NCBI RefSeq assembly: GCF_963921235.1
Contig: NC_086118.1
Location: forward strand, 27,716,001-27,780,000
DNA: 64,000 nucleotides
DNA from: Mobula hypostoma
Taxonomy: Eukaryota
Direction of reading: 5' to 3'
The position numbers were made by a program, and so were the translations under genes. Each line of letters starts with the position of its first letter. Position 1 is the first letter of the stretch. A model generated the notes under the pieces. That model saw only the letters and a program-made list of their open reading frames with translations, was not told where the DNA came from and did not search any database. Below, one piece after another: positions 1 through 12,500 of this stretch.

Positions 1-2686
1 TCAGTAGGAGTTTGAGAGAATCCTTCTGGACAAGTGCAATCTTCTCAGATACTTGAGAAAGTACAAATGCAATTACATCAGATCTAGTAATCAGAGGTAA
101 AAGTGGCCGACTCCCTATTCCATGTCCCACTAATGAAAAAGAGCACAAAGGTTAAGAAGTTATAACTGGGAGCTTAACACAAATACAGTGACTGCAGAAA
201 TAGTTAAATAGAGAGTGTTGAGAAAATTTGAAGGGGAAAAGCAATTGGGGTGAGGGTAAATGTGAATTTCTGGTAACGAGTCTAAAGCATTCAATTTCAT
301 GTAAGTACCGTAAAGGTACCCAGATTATGAAGAGTCTGCCCACCACAGGTCACAACAACAGGCCAAGTGTGCAGACAGGATAAAATCGTACATTTTTTTG
401 AAGGGATCATTATGTACCATTTCAGTAAATAGGAACAATTTGCAGATGTTGGCACTGCAGGTTCAGAACATCAAGATTTGCCAAGGACAGACATACTAAA
501 TTGGAGATATTGTGGTGTTTTGCTTTGCCCTTTATCCTAGAAGCTCCAGTTCCCTATGGAATGTCTTCCAGGTTTCATAAATAGTCCTGCTGGAAGATTA
601 TGTTGCCAGTGATCTTTCGGCTCCCTCTTTGACAGGTATGGCGGCTGAGGATTACAATGTGATGTTGGCCAAAATGATGCTGATGATTTTCAGCAATATC
701 ATGAAGCATCATTCAGTGAGTGAAAAAAAAGGACAGTGATCATGAATCTACGAAGCCCAGGCTGTGTATCATTGGCCTCATTGAATCATATCAGGAGATT
801 ACCAGAGGCAACATGAACAAGGGTGCCCCTGTAGTCCCTGTGCTAACGCATTCAATGTCTTGGCTGCTACAAATAACTCTCCTACTTGCCTTTTCATGCA
901 CTTTAATCTTCTGTTCTGCTCATGTCAGCCATCAACAACTTTAAAATCACTATCTTAATCTCAACACCTCCTAATATTTAATGCATGAATACATCTAATT
1001 TTCACGTCACACGTATTGTCTAATTTCCTACTGACATTGTCAAAAAACCAGAGAGAATGACTAACATTATACTGATTGCCTCATGTCTTTTGATTTAATT
1101 TAACTAGAGTATATCAAAGTGGTTAACGTAGTCTTTTTGATAAGGATCAAATAATTACATGGTCGCGTTCAAAAGGGACATACAGTGGAAGTTATTTCAG
1201 TGTGAAAAAACTAAAGGCAGACTAAGAGACACTAAGGCTACAACCTATTTCTTGCATTCTTTTCACACGTACACTGTTTGATACCTCTATGCAATGATTT
1301 CCTTGATTATGTTTAGTAAACAATAATAATACTATTGATTAATTCATGCTGCCTTGACATTTCTCCCATATTTCATGCAGGGCTATCAATAATATCTATT
1401 TAAAGTGAGTAAATAGTATTTCAGTGGGGTCAGTAATATGTTGATTTATTTGGATATAATAGTTCTTTAAATTAGATTTACATATGCAGTCTTTAATTTT
1501 GTTCTAGTTTAAGTTCAAGTTCAATTATCATTCAAGCATAATGCATATATATAGCTAAACAAAACTGCAATCCCCTGGAGTCAAAGCTCAAAACAAAATA
1601 CATGCAGTCACACACAGCACACATACAGTGCCTATAAAAAGTATTTACCTCCACCCCATCCTGGAAGTTTTCATGTTTAATTGTTTTGCAGCATCAAATC
1701 ACGGTGGATTTAATTTGGCTTTTCTGACACTGATCAACAGAAAAAGACTCTTTCATGTCAAAGTGATAAGAGATCGCTACGAAGTGATCTTAATTACTTA
1801 CAAAAATAAAATAAAAATAATTAGTTGCATAAGTATTCACTGCCTTCAAGTCAGTATTGAGTAGATGTACCTTTGGCAGCACTTACAGCCTTGAGTCTGT
1901 GTTGATAGGTCTCTAATAGCTTTGCACAACTGGGCACTGCAACTTTTCTCCATTTGTCTTTATGAAACTGCTCAAGCTCTGTCAGATTGCATGGGAATTG
2001 TGAGTGAACAGCCCTTTTCAAGTCCAGCCACACATTCTCAGTTGGATTGAGGTTTGAATTCAGATTTGGCCACTCTAGGATATTAACTTTGTTGTTTTTA
2101 AGCCATTCCTGTGTAGCTTTGGCTTTATGCTTGGAGTTATTGTATTGCTGGAAAACAAATCTTCACAATTCTCTTGCAGACTGCAAAGTGTTTTCCTCCA
2201 GGATTTCTCTGTATTTTGCTGCATTCATTTTACCCTCTACCTTCACAACCCTTCCAGGGCCTGCTGCAGTGAAGCATCCCCACAGCATAATGCAGCCGCC
2301 ACCATGCTTCACAGTAGGATGGTGGATTTTTGATGATGTGCAATGTTTGGTTTATGCCAAACATAGCGTTTAGTCTGATGTCCTAAAAGCTCAATTTTGG
2401 TTTTAACAGACCATAGAACCTTCTTGGAGGCTTTGTTCTCCACATCGAATTTTATCAACAAGCACGTTGAAATGAACCCAGTTTATATCCCACCTCAGCA
2501 TCAAGTCATCAGTCCAGAGCCAAGAGCCAAGTCACACCTGATAACACACGTCAATCAATGAGGATGATATTAATCCTATATAATGGTCAACTAACTCAGC
2601 CCGGACAACAATTATCACCTAATCGGATTGTAATGAACCAGTCGTGGATTACATAATCAGTAACCAATAGAAAGGGTATATATACC

Positions 2687-2690
<4 letters not shown>

Positions 2691-2720
<30 letters not shown>
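2691..2720. repeat. (CA)n microsatellite
   Basis: Direct reading of the sequence. Confidence 0.9.
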
Positions 2721-2722
<2 letters not shown>

Positions 2723-2822
2723 TGGACTAATCACAGGGCATATAAAAGATAAACAATGTGGAACACCAACATGTCATTTGAAGTTGCAATGATGATGTTG
2801 CCTAGCTGAGTAACGAAATGCC

Positions 2823-4272
2823 AGGGTCAACCACACGAAGAGCGAAGCCATGCTCTTCGGCAACTGGCCCGACCGATCCAGTGTCCCCTTCACCATCAGG
2901 TCTGATCACATGAAGGTGTTGGGGATCTGGTTCGGAGGGGCCAAGGTGTGCAACAAGAACTGGCAGGAGTGGACTGCCAAGGTGAAACAGAAACTGGGAC
3001 TGTGGGGAGGGCACTCCCTATCGATAATGGGCAAGAACCTGGTCATCAGGTGTGAGGTGCTCTCAGGGCTGCTGTACTTGGCGCAGGTGTGGCCTGTACA
3101 CCACTCCTACAGCTTGGAAGTCACCTGAGCTATCTTCAGGTTCGTCTGGGGATCCAAGATGGAGTGGGTGAGACGGACCGTCATGCACAAGTCCCTGGAC
3201 AACGGGGGCAAGAACGTCCCCAATATCGCCCTCACCCTGATGGCCAGCTTCGTGTGTGGCTGCATCAGGTTGTGTGTAGAACCCAGGTATGTGGGCACCA
3301 AGTACCACTATGTGCCCAGGTTCTACCTGTTGCCCTGGCTACGAAGGATGGGTCTGGCCCCACTCCCGCGCAACGCCCCAGTCAGCTGGTCGTTGCCGGC
3401 ATACCTGTCCTTTGTAGAAAAGTTCTTCCAGGAGAACGCCTTTGACCACAGGGCCATCAGGCAGTGGTCAGCATGTAACGTCCTGCAGGCACTGCAGGAG
3501 AAGGACGTGATGGACACAGTGGGGTGGTTCCCGGAGCAGACTGTCCAGTTCATCTGGCAAAATGCCTCATCGCCAGACCTCACCAACAAGCACCAGGACC
3601 TCGCCTGGCTGGCAGTGAGAGGGGCCCTCCCAGTCAGCTCCCTCCTGTACGCCCAGAATGTGGTCTCCACACCCCGCTGCCCATGGGAGGACTGCAGTGA
3701 GGAGGAGTCTGTGACCCACCTCTTTGCACACTGTCAGTTCGCAGAGAGGGTGTGGAGGAGGATGGACAGGCTAGTGTCACGTTTCATCCCCAGCAGCTGC
3801 GTAACAGAGGACTCTCTGATCTATGGGCTGTTCCCGGGGATGCACACGGAGACCAACATCCGGTGCTGCTGGCAGATTATCACCTCAGTGAAAGACGCTC
3901 TTTGGTCGCCCCGATACTTGATGGTCTACCAGCACATGGAGATGTCCGTGGCAGAATGCTGCCGACTGGCACATTCTCGGCTGCAGGAGTACGTGCTGAG
4001 GGACGCACTGAAACTCGGTGCAGCCACCGCAAGGCCCGGTGGGGAAGGACCACTGTTTATGGTTCTTCTCCCGCAGGTGTGGAAGGGGTCGGGTGGCGGG
4101 GAGTATACCCCTCAACAATGGTGTGGAAAGAGGAAACGATAGAGCGCCACGTGGGTGGCTAAGAGTGTGGAAATGTAAAGCCCGTAATGGAAACATCTGT
4201 AAAGGATTGAGAGTCATTGAATGGTTTACTGCGCATAATTTTATTTTTGAATAAAGCATATTTTGAAAAAAA
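2823..4272 (+). mobile_element. Tx1-like (L1 superfamily) non-LTR retrotransposon, 5'-truncated
   Basis: ORF pieces 2850-3128 (MKVLGIWFGG...WGGHSLSIMGKNLVI) and 3159-4142 (KSLDNGGKNVPNI; zinc knuckle CPWEDCSEEESVTHLFAHC). AATAAA followed by a poly(A) tail at 4266-4274. TSD AACGAAA(T/C)GCC at 2812-2822 and 4273-4283. Confidence 0.88.
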
Positions 4273-6409
4273 AACGAAACGCCGGCAAGCTAACAAGCCA
4301 GCTCAGCGAGCGACTCAACAACAATATCCTCAACCAGAGCTACAAATCTTTACCAACATCTTAAAAATCTTCTTCCAGCTGACTTCAGTATCTCCCACGT
4401 GCCTTCTGGCAAACTCTAGCTGAGATTTCATGCGGGGTTTTTTTCAACAATGGCTTTCTCTTTGCCACTCTCCCATAACTCTGCAACTGGTGAAGCACCT
4501 GGGCAACAGCAGTCGTATGTGAAGGCTCTCCCATCTCAGCCACTGAAGCTTGTAACTCCTCTAGAGTTGTCATAGGTATCTTGATGGCCTCCTTCACTAA
4601 TCCCCTTCTTGCACGGTCACTCAGTTTTTGAGGATGGCCTGCTGTAGGCAGATTTACAGGCGTTGCCATATTGTTTCTATTGATGATTGATGTATTCCAA
4701 AAGATATTCAATGACTTGGAAATTTTCTAGTATCCATCTCCCGGACTGTGCTTTTTAATAACCTTTTTGTCAAGTTGCTTGGAGTGTTCTTTTGTCTTCA
4801 TGGAGTAGGTTTTGCCAGGATACTGACTCACCAGCAGTTGGACCTTCCAGATCCAGGTGTATTTTTACTACAGTCAGTCGAAACACCTTGAACTGCACAC
4901 AAGTGATCTCCATTTAACTAATTATGTGACTCTAAAACCAATTGGCTACACCAGTGATGATTTGATGTACCATATTAATGAGAGGTGACTACTTATGCAA
5001 TCAATTATTTTGTATTTTATATCTGTAATTAATTTAGATCATCTTGTAGAGATCTGTTTTCACATTCACACAAAAGAGTCTTTTTCTGCTGATCAGTGTC
5101 AAAAAAGCCAAATTAATTCCTCTGTGATTCAATGTTGTAAAACAATAAAACATGAAAACTTCTGGGGGGGGGGAAGGGATGAATACTTTTTATAGGCACT
5201 GTAGTTACAATAGCACATACAGTCACAAGTAAAATATAGGCACAAGTCCCTGAGCAGCATGGCCTGAAAATTCATAGTGCAGGGGATGTTGTCCTGGAGC
5301 CACCTTTCTGCAAGAACAAGTACGCAGTAGTTTCTCATCTCACAGTGCTTCAGCAGACAAGGGAAAATCAGTATGTCTCAGCTGGTTTAGCTGCAAGAAA
5401 TTCAGTTGTCTTCCATGGAGTTACACTGGAGAGCCACAATGAAGGGAGGAGTGAGCCGCCAATCCAGTATGGATTCCAGTATACTCACCGTGACTCTGTT
5501 CTCTGCCTCCGGCGCCTGCACCCCTGGGTGGCTTTAACAGGTGACACTGCAGAATGTGGGCCTGGTCTATGCAAAAAGTGAGGCCATGCAGTTACCCCAC
5601 TGTCAATCTCACCACTGAAACAAAGTACCAGGCTTGCAGTGTTTGATATCACCAATGTCCAGCAGGTGCCCTGCAATCTCAAGGAAAACATTTAAGGTCA
5701 CTTAAAGGTTACACCACTTGTTGGACCTGGAGAGGCTGCTGCCACAAGCTCGCTGTTATCTTACCAGAATAGTTTATTTCCATTAGATAGGTAACTAATT
5801 ATCTAATTATTGACCATATGGGTGATGATGCAGTATCAATATGAAGGCAGCATAAAATAATCAATATAATGTCAGTGATTTGCGAATATTTTTATAGGAA
5901 ATCAATGCATTAAGGAGTTACGCAATGTGCAAATGAAGAGAACACAAGATGCCATAAAGAACAATAAATATTAGGAGGAATCAAAGTTCAGAAGGTAACA
6001 GTGATCTTAAAGTCCTCCAGCAAAGAAGTAATCAGGACTCCTTTAACCCAATGAAGTGTTGAAAGATTGTCTAAAGTGGCAGTGTTGGCATAAGTTTTTC
6101 ACATATTTATAAAGTTTGTTCTGCCTGAATAGTTGAGGAGCCGTAACCTATAAAGATTCATCTGAAACTACAAGACACCTGAGCTGTAAATGAAAAGATG
6201 GAGATTTCAGGGTTTCCATTTTTTCCCAGATTTGAGACAATGCAGTGACTAGGCTCCATGTGCCACATTTCAGTAATAAATCAGTCAGCTACTAAAATGG
6301 CCTCAATGACATAAAAGTGTACTTGACACTTCTCATGGAAAGCATATGTACAGATTCCTTATATACTTTTGTTCCTGAGCTTGTTTTTGAAACCCATGAC
6401 AGAGAATAC

Positions 6410-7250
6410 AGAGTCTCATGGCCCCAGTGACCTGAGTTCTGTTTAGATCTTTGCCATTGTCCATGCGGAGTTTGCATATTCTCCTTCTGACCCTGTGAGC
6501 TCTCCTGATTGATCCAGTTTCTTCTCACAACTCAGAAAACTGCAGGCTTGTAGAATACACAGACAAAAAATGCTGGTGAACGCAGTAGGACAGGCAGCAT
6601 CTCCAGGAAGAGGTACATTCGACATTTCGGGCCGAGACCCTTCGTCAGGACTAACTGAAGGAAGAGATAGTAAGAGATTTGAAAGCGGGAGTTATAGTGA
6701 GAGGGACAGAGGGAGAAAAAAGAGAGAGAGGAAAAAAGGGAGAAAAATAAAAAATATATTAAAAATATATTAAATAACTAAATAAGGGATGGGATGTGAA
6801 GGGGAGGAGGGGCATTAACGGAAGTTAGAGAAGTCAATGTTCATGCCATCAAGTTGGAGGCTACCCAGACGGAATATAAGGTGTTGTTCCTCCAACCTGA
6901 GTGTGGCTTCATCTTTACAGTAGAGGAGGCCGTGGATAGACATGTCAGAATGGGAATGGGACGTGGAATTAAAATGTGTGTCCACTGGGAGATCCTGCTT
7001 TCTCTAGCGGACAGAGTGTAGGTGTTCAGCGAAATGGTCTCCCAGCCTGCGTCAAGGCTTGTAGAATAGTTGGCTGGTGCAAATTGCTTCAAGTGTATAG
7101 GTGAGTGTCAGGTCTGAGAAAGAGAAGATGGGAATGTCTGGAGGCTAAAATGAAAGTGAAGTAAATTTGTGAAATATGGGTGTTTAATGGTCAGTGGTGG
7201 GTAGTAGCACTTATTTCCATGTTTGGTACTGTATCTCATTCATCAGACTG
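6410..7250 (+). mobile_element. Degenerate HE1/V-SINE-like tRNA-derived SINE split by a Penelope fragment
   Basis: Core GGAGTTTGCATATTCTCC...CCAGTTTCTTCTCACA resembles the copies at 45270-45490 and 47680-47915. The sequence resumes after 7068. Ends are approximate. Confidence 0.55.
6558..7054 (-). mobile_element. Penelope-like (Neptune-type) 3' fragment with hammerhead-bearing pLTR
   Basis: Closely similar to 33013-33650. 14-bp TSD AGGCTTGTAGAATA at 6544-6557 and 7055-7068. Minus-strand CTGACGA-AGGGTCTCGGCCC-GAAATGTC motif near 6620-6650. Confidence 0.9.
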
Positions 7251-7419
7251 AATGCATGGGGTCCTTTTGTGTCGAGAGGTCTTATAGAGTCAGAATACCC
7301 ACTCCTGGGTCAGGCGTGAACAATACTCTGTAACACAGTCCCTAATACAACACGCATCTACTTGTTCAAAAGCATAGTCTTCACCTCTGCTAACAATCAT
7401 GCAGCGGTTTCCAAACTCA

Positions 7420-7635
7420 GGCAATAGGTTTGTGGTGAAAGGTGGAATATTTAAGAGGATTCTGAAATGAAACTTCTTCATTCAGAGGGTGGTGCAAGTG
7501 TGGAATGAGCTGTCAGTGGAAGTGGTAGATGGAAGTGGACAGATGCATGGACAGGAAGGTATTGCAGGAAGATGGGACTGCGCAGATCAGGTCAGCATGA
7601 ACTAGATGGGCTGAAGAACCTGTTTCTGCACAGGG
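7420..7635 (+). mobile_element. Old CR1 LINE 3' end fragment
   Basis: AACTTCTTCATTCAGAGGGTGGTG...TGGAATGAGCTG resembles the CR1 ORF2 C-terminus NFFTQRVV..WN, followed by a CR1-type 3' UTR. Confidence 0.6.
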
Positions 7636-8134
7636 TAGTCTATAGGCAGGTGCCTATTATAAGCATCAAGGAGTGAACACCTTTTTCCTGCAAGGTGCTT
7701 AATGAAGCTGAGAGTGACTTGCATGTGAAACATGGATAGAGCTGAATCCATGAAAATATCAATGGGTCTGTGAGGGTTGGAAGTACCGTCCTATCTCAGG
7801 ATGTTAACATTTCCCCTCTGCCTTTTGAATCTCTTGCTACTTCCTGTCAGTCAGCTTTCCACACCGCTGCTAATCCTGTTGGTCTGCTGCAGCAGGCCTT
7901 CCCAGGAGTGTACTCATTATCGATGCTCACCTCAGGGCTTTTAATCCCAGATCTCTGCTTTCCCACAGCTGAATTCAGCCACACTGTTCCCTGGAAAACG
8001 AACACAATAAACGCACAAAATGTGCATCATGTTTCAGCTCAACGTAAATGTTAACTTTTCATTGTCTTGTTGCCAAACATTATAAATTAATTATTTACCA
8101 GTAACTATTTATAACTTGCAAAGTATTATTTTAT

Positions 8135-9075
8135 CAACACAAGAGATTCTGCAGATGCTGTAAGTCCAGAGCAACGCACATAAAATACTGGAGGAGCTCA
8201 GCAGCTCAGGCAGCATCTATGGAAATGAATAAACAATCAATATTTGGGCCAAGACCCTTTATCAGGATTGGAAAGGAAGGGGGGAAATGCCAGAGTAAAA
8301 AGGTGGGAAGAGGGAAGGAGGGAAAGCTGGAAGGTGATAGGTGAAGGCAGGTGGGTGGGGGAGGGGAATGAAGAAAGAGGTTAGGAGGCGATAGGTGCAA
8401 AAGGCTAAAGGCTGGAGAAGAAAGAATCCATTAAGAGAGGAGAGTGGACCATGGAAGAAAGGGAAAGAGAAGGAATGTCAGGGGGAGGTGATAGGCAAGA
8501 GAGAAGAAGAGGTAAGAGGCCAGAGTGGGGAATAGAAGAAGAGAGAAGGGAGAGGAAAAAATATTGTGGAGGGAAAAACCAATGTTTCATACCATCCAGC
8601 TGGGGGAAACTTAGACGGAATATGAGGCGTTGATCCTCCACCCTGAGAGTGGCCTCATTGTGACAAAAGAGGAGGCCGTGTCAGATCTGGAACGGGGATA
8701 GGAATAAGAATGGTTGGCCAACAGGAAATTTGGCTTTTTGCAGTTGTGTTGAAAGTGCTTGACAAAGTGGTTCCCCAATATACATCAAGTGCCAGCAATG
8801 TAGGGGAGACTGCATCGGGATCACCAGATACAGAAGGAGTCCTAACAAGTTCATAGGTGAAGTGCAGCCTCACCTGGAAGGACTGTTTGAGCCCTGAATG
8901 GAAGTGAAGGATGGACGTGAGTGAGGAGGTGAATGGGCAGGTGGACTCTGTCGCTTGCAGGGAAATTTGCCAGGAGGAAGTAGGGAGGGATGAGTGGATA
9001 AGGGAATCGCGGAGGGAGCAATCCCTGCAGAGGGGTGAGGAAGTAAAGATGTGTTTGATGCTAGGGTTCCATTGA
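8135..9075 (-). mobile_element. Diverged Penelope-like 3' fragment (GIY-YIG region plus pLTR)
   Basis: Minus-strand peptide KHIFTSSPLCRDCSLRDSLIHSS...GLKQSFQVRLHFT. pLTR end CAACACAAGAGATTCTGCAGATGCTG. Decayed hammerhead near 8240-8270. Confidence 0.85.
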
Positions 9076-9087
9076 ATTGACTTCAAA

Positions 9088-9692
9088 GTAAGATGGCAGC
9101 ATGTGCAGACGTAGTAGCTTTTATGGGGCCAACCAAAGGTGTTATTGTCTTTTATAAACATATTTCATATGATCACAAGACCCCATTGGACATTATTAAT
9201 GTGGAATACTGCATGTACAATTCACTGATTTATTGGCGAAAGGCAGGGACAGATGGTGGAGGCTGGGGGGCTGGTTGGCCTCGGTTGTAGTGTGGATTAG
9301 GCCTCAAGCCATGTTTCACTTGTTTACAGGAGAGACATTGAAGTTGGTGTGCTCCACCAGAGTGCCAAGGGCAGTGTGGCACAGTGTCTAAGCTGGAATT
9401 GGTGCTGGCCCCCAGTTTTCACCCAGCAGAAGACAGGTCATATTGTGTTTGATAGCAGACTGCTGCAATATTCATGAACTCAGGGTCTTGGACTATTTTT
9501 TTGTGTGAGTGTATTTTACTGATGGCTTGTATTTGTTTGCTATTTTATATGTGCCATATGTGTCTTGTCCTGTAAATGACTGTTGGCATTGCGTTTACAC
9601 ACACCTTGGCCCCAGAGTAACGCTGTTTTGTTTGCCTGTATTCATGGGCGTTCATGTATGGTTGAATGGCAATTCTACTTAAACTTGAACTT
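9088..9692 (+). mobile_element. Non-autonomous retroposon (~600 bp) with AAGATGGC 5' end and Rex1-like (TTGAAC) 3' tail
   Basis: Aligns by eye, end to end, with the reverse complement of 62765-63315 (shared CAACCAAAGGTGTTATTGTC, CAATTCACTGA.TTATTGGCG, CACCTTGGCC). The 3' end also matches 13012-13140. Confidence 0.7.
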
Positions 9693-9965
9693 AAATACAA
9701 TTATATGTAGTAACAACTAGGGGTATTTCATAACAAAATGTCAATTCAAATACAGTGGTAATTGAGGACAAGAGGACATTATCCATGTTAAGGTGGTGGG
9801 AAGGTGGGTTGAGTGCAGATGTTAGGAAAATAATGGAGATGCGGGTGTGGGCAGCATTAATAGTAGAGGAAGAGAAAACCCCCATTCTTTGAAGAAGGGA
9901 GGCATCTGTAATACCCTGGAAATGACTCACAATCAGAATCAGAATCAGGTTTAATATCACCAGCA

Positions 9966-10159
9966 CATAAGACTATAAGATATGGGAGCAGAATCAGGCC
10001 ATTTAGTCCATCGAGTCTGTTCCACCATTTCATCATGGCTGATCCCAGATCTCACTCAACTCCATCCACCTGCCTTCTCGCCATATCCTTTGATGCCCTG
10101 ACTGATCAATAATCTATCGACCTCTGCCTTAAATATACATAAAGACTTGGCCTCCACAT
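9966..10159 (-). mobile_element. CR1 3' UTR fragment inserted in a Rex1 3' UTR
   Basis: CATAAGACTATAAGATATGGGAGCAGAATCAGGCCATT is the reverse complement of a CR1-type tail and 3' UTR. Confidence 0.7.
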
Positions 10160-10310
10160 AAGTTGCAAAACTTGTTAACTGAGTGGCAGCAGTACAATGC
10201 AATACATGAGAAATATAAAATAAATAAATTACAGAAAGTATATATATGTATATTAAATAGTTGAATTAAAAATAGTGCAAAAGCAGAAAAAAAGAGGTAA
10301 GGTTCATGGG

Positions 10311-11682
10311 CAACACAAGAAGATCTGCAGATGCTGGAAATTCAAGCAACACACGCAAAATACTGGTAGAATGCAGCAGGCCAGACAGCATCTATAGGAA
10401 GTACAGTCGACGTTTCAGGCCGAGACCCTTCGTCAGGACTAACTGAAAGAAGAGCTAGTAAGAGATTTGAAAGTGAGAGGGGGAGGGGGAGATCCAAAAT
10501 GATGGGAGAAGACAGGAAGGGGAGGGAAGAAGTTAAGAGCTGGAAAGACGATTGGCAAAAGGGATACAGAGCTGGAGAAGTGGGAGAATCATGGGATGGG
10601 AGGCCTAGGGAGAAAGAAAGGGGGAGGGGAGCCCAGAGAAAGATGGAGAGCAGGCAAGGAGTGATTGTGAGAGGGACAGAGAGAGAAGAAAAAAAAGGGG
10701 AAAAATAAAAATAAATAAGGGATGGGGTAAGAAGGGGAGGAGGGGCATTAACAGAGGTTAGAGAAATCAATGTTCATGCCATCAGGTTGGAGGCTACCCA
10801 GATGGAATATAAAGTGTTGTTCCTCCAACCTGAGTGTGGCTTCATCTTGACAGTAGAGGAGGCCATGGATTGACTTATCAGAATGGGAATGGGACGTGGA
10901 ATTAAAATGTGTGGCCACTGGGAGATCCTGCTTTCTCTGGTGGACAGAGGTGTTCAGCAAAACAGTCTCCCAGTCTGCGTTGGGTCTCAGCAATATATAG
11001 AAGGCCGCATCGGGAGCACCGGACGCAGTATATCACCCCAGCTGGCTCACAGATGAAGTGTCGCCTCACCTGGAAGGACTGTCTGGGGCCCTGAATGGTG
11101 GTGAAGGAGGAAGTGTAAGGGCATGTGTAGCACTTGCTCCACTTACAAAGATAGGTGCTGGGAGGGAGATCGGTGGGAAGGGAATGGGGGGATGAATGGA
11201 CAAGGGAGTCATGTAGGGAGCCATCCCTGTGGAAAGCAGAGAGGGGTGTGTGGGAAAGATGTGCTGGTGGTGGAATCCATTGGAGATGGCGGAAGTTACG
11301 GAGAATTATATGTTGGACCTGGAGGCTGGTGGGGTGGTAGGTGAGGACAATGGGAACCCTATCCCTAGTTGGGTGGCGGGAGGATGGGGTGAGGGCAGAT
11401 GTGCGTGAAATGGGAGAGATGCGTTTAAGAGCAGAGTTGATAATGGAGGAAGGGAAGCCCCTTTCTTTAAAAAAAGAGGACATCTCCTTCGTCCTGGAAT
11501 GAACAGCCTCATCCTGAGAGCAAATGCGGCAGAGACGGAGGAATTGCAAGAATGGGATGACATTTTTGCAAGAGACAGGGTGAGAAGAGGAGTAGTCCAG
11601 GTAGCTGTGAGAGTCCGTAGGCTTATAGTAGACATCAGTAGATAAGCTGTCTCCAGAGAAAGAGACAGAAAGATCAAGAAAG
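10311..11682 (-). mobile_element. Penelope-like (Neptune-type) 5'-truncated copy: RT thumb, Cys linker, GIY-YIG, pLTR with intact hammerhead motif
   Basis: ORF 10902-11696 has PFLDLSV...TDVYYKPTDSHSYLDYSSSHP, CKWSKCYTCPY and GVIYCVRCSRCGLLYIAET. Minus-strand AGTC-CTGACGA-AGGGTCTCGGCCT-GAAACGTC-GACT at 10405-10440. Confidence 0.93.
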
Positions 11683-12500
11683 GGTTCAATGTCCATTAAG
11701 AAATTGGATGGCAGAGGGGAAGAAGCAGTTCCTAAATTGCTGAGTATGTGCCTTCAGGCTTCTGTTCCTCGTCCTTGATGGTAACAACGGAAAGAAGGTG
11801 TGTCTGGGTGGTGGGGGTCTTTGAAGTTGGAAGCCACTTTTCTGAGGCACTGCTCCTTGAAGATGTCTTGAATACTATGGAGGCTCGTGCCCATGATGGA
11901 GATGACTAATTTTACAACTCTCTGTAGCTTCTTATGATTCTATGCAGTAACCACCCCCCACCCCCATGCCAGATAGTGATGCAGATTGTCAGAATGCTCC
12001 CCATGGTACATCTGTAGAAGTTTGAGTGTTTTAGGTTCAAACCAAGTCTTCTTAAACTAATGAAATGTAGCCGTTGTCTTGCCTTCTCTATAGCTGCATC
12101 AATATGTTGGGACCAGGATAGATCCTCAGAGATCTTGACACCCAGGAACTTGAAATTGCTCACTCTCGCCACTTCTGATCCCTCTACGAGGATTGGTTCA
12201 TGTTTCCTTGTCTTACCCTTTCTGAAGTCCACAATCTGCTCTTTGGTCTTACTGAAAAAGAGTGCAAGATTGTTGCTGTGACACTATTCAACTAACTGGT
12301 ATATCTCGCTCCTGTACGCCCTTTTGCCTCCATCTGAGATTCAGCTAACAATGGTCGTATCATCAGCAAATTTATAGATGGCATTTGAGCTGTGCCTAGC
12401 CACACAGTCATGGGTATAGAGAGAGTAGAGCAGTGGGTTAAGCACACATCCCTGAGGTGCACCAGTGTTGATTGTCAGTGAGGAGATGTTATTACCAAGT
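11683..12500 (-). mobile_element. Rex1/Babar-like LINE RT fragment; its 3' UTR continues at ~9930-10310
   Basis: GAPQGCVLNPLLYSLYTHDC...IYKFADDTTIV and DFRKGK...FKFLGVKISEDLSW. Confidence 0.85.

Larger units (their letters stand above)
2426..4368 (+). mobile_element. Penelope-like (Poseidon-type) 3' end/pLTR fragment inside the Tc1, itself split by a Tx1 insertion
   Basis: Translates as FLEALFSTSNFINKHVEMNPVYIP, resembling a PLE GIY-YIG C-terminus. Degenerate hammerhead-like motif ATGATGA-stem-GAAA at 2789-2818. CTTCTT is duplicated at 2420-2425 and 4369-4374, and the Tc1 sequence rejoins across it. Confidence 0.7.
1626..5201 (-). mobile_element. Tc1/mariner DNA transposon, degenerate, interrupted by a nested insertion at 2426-4368
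   Basis: TIRs CAGTGCCTATAAAAAGTATT at 1626 and AATACTTTTTATAGGCACTG ending at 5201, with TA on both sides (1624-1625, 5202-5203). Minus-strand transposase pieces: GHPQKLSDRARRGLVKEA...GRVAKRKPLLKK (4385-4711) and WLDLKRAVH..PCNLTELEQF...W (1851-2033). Confidence 0.93.
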
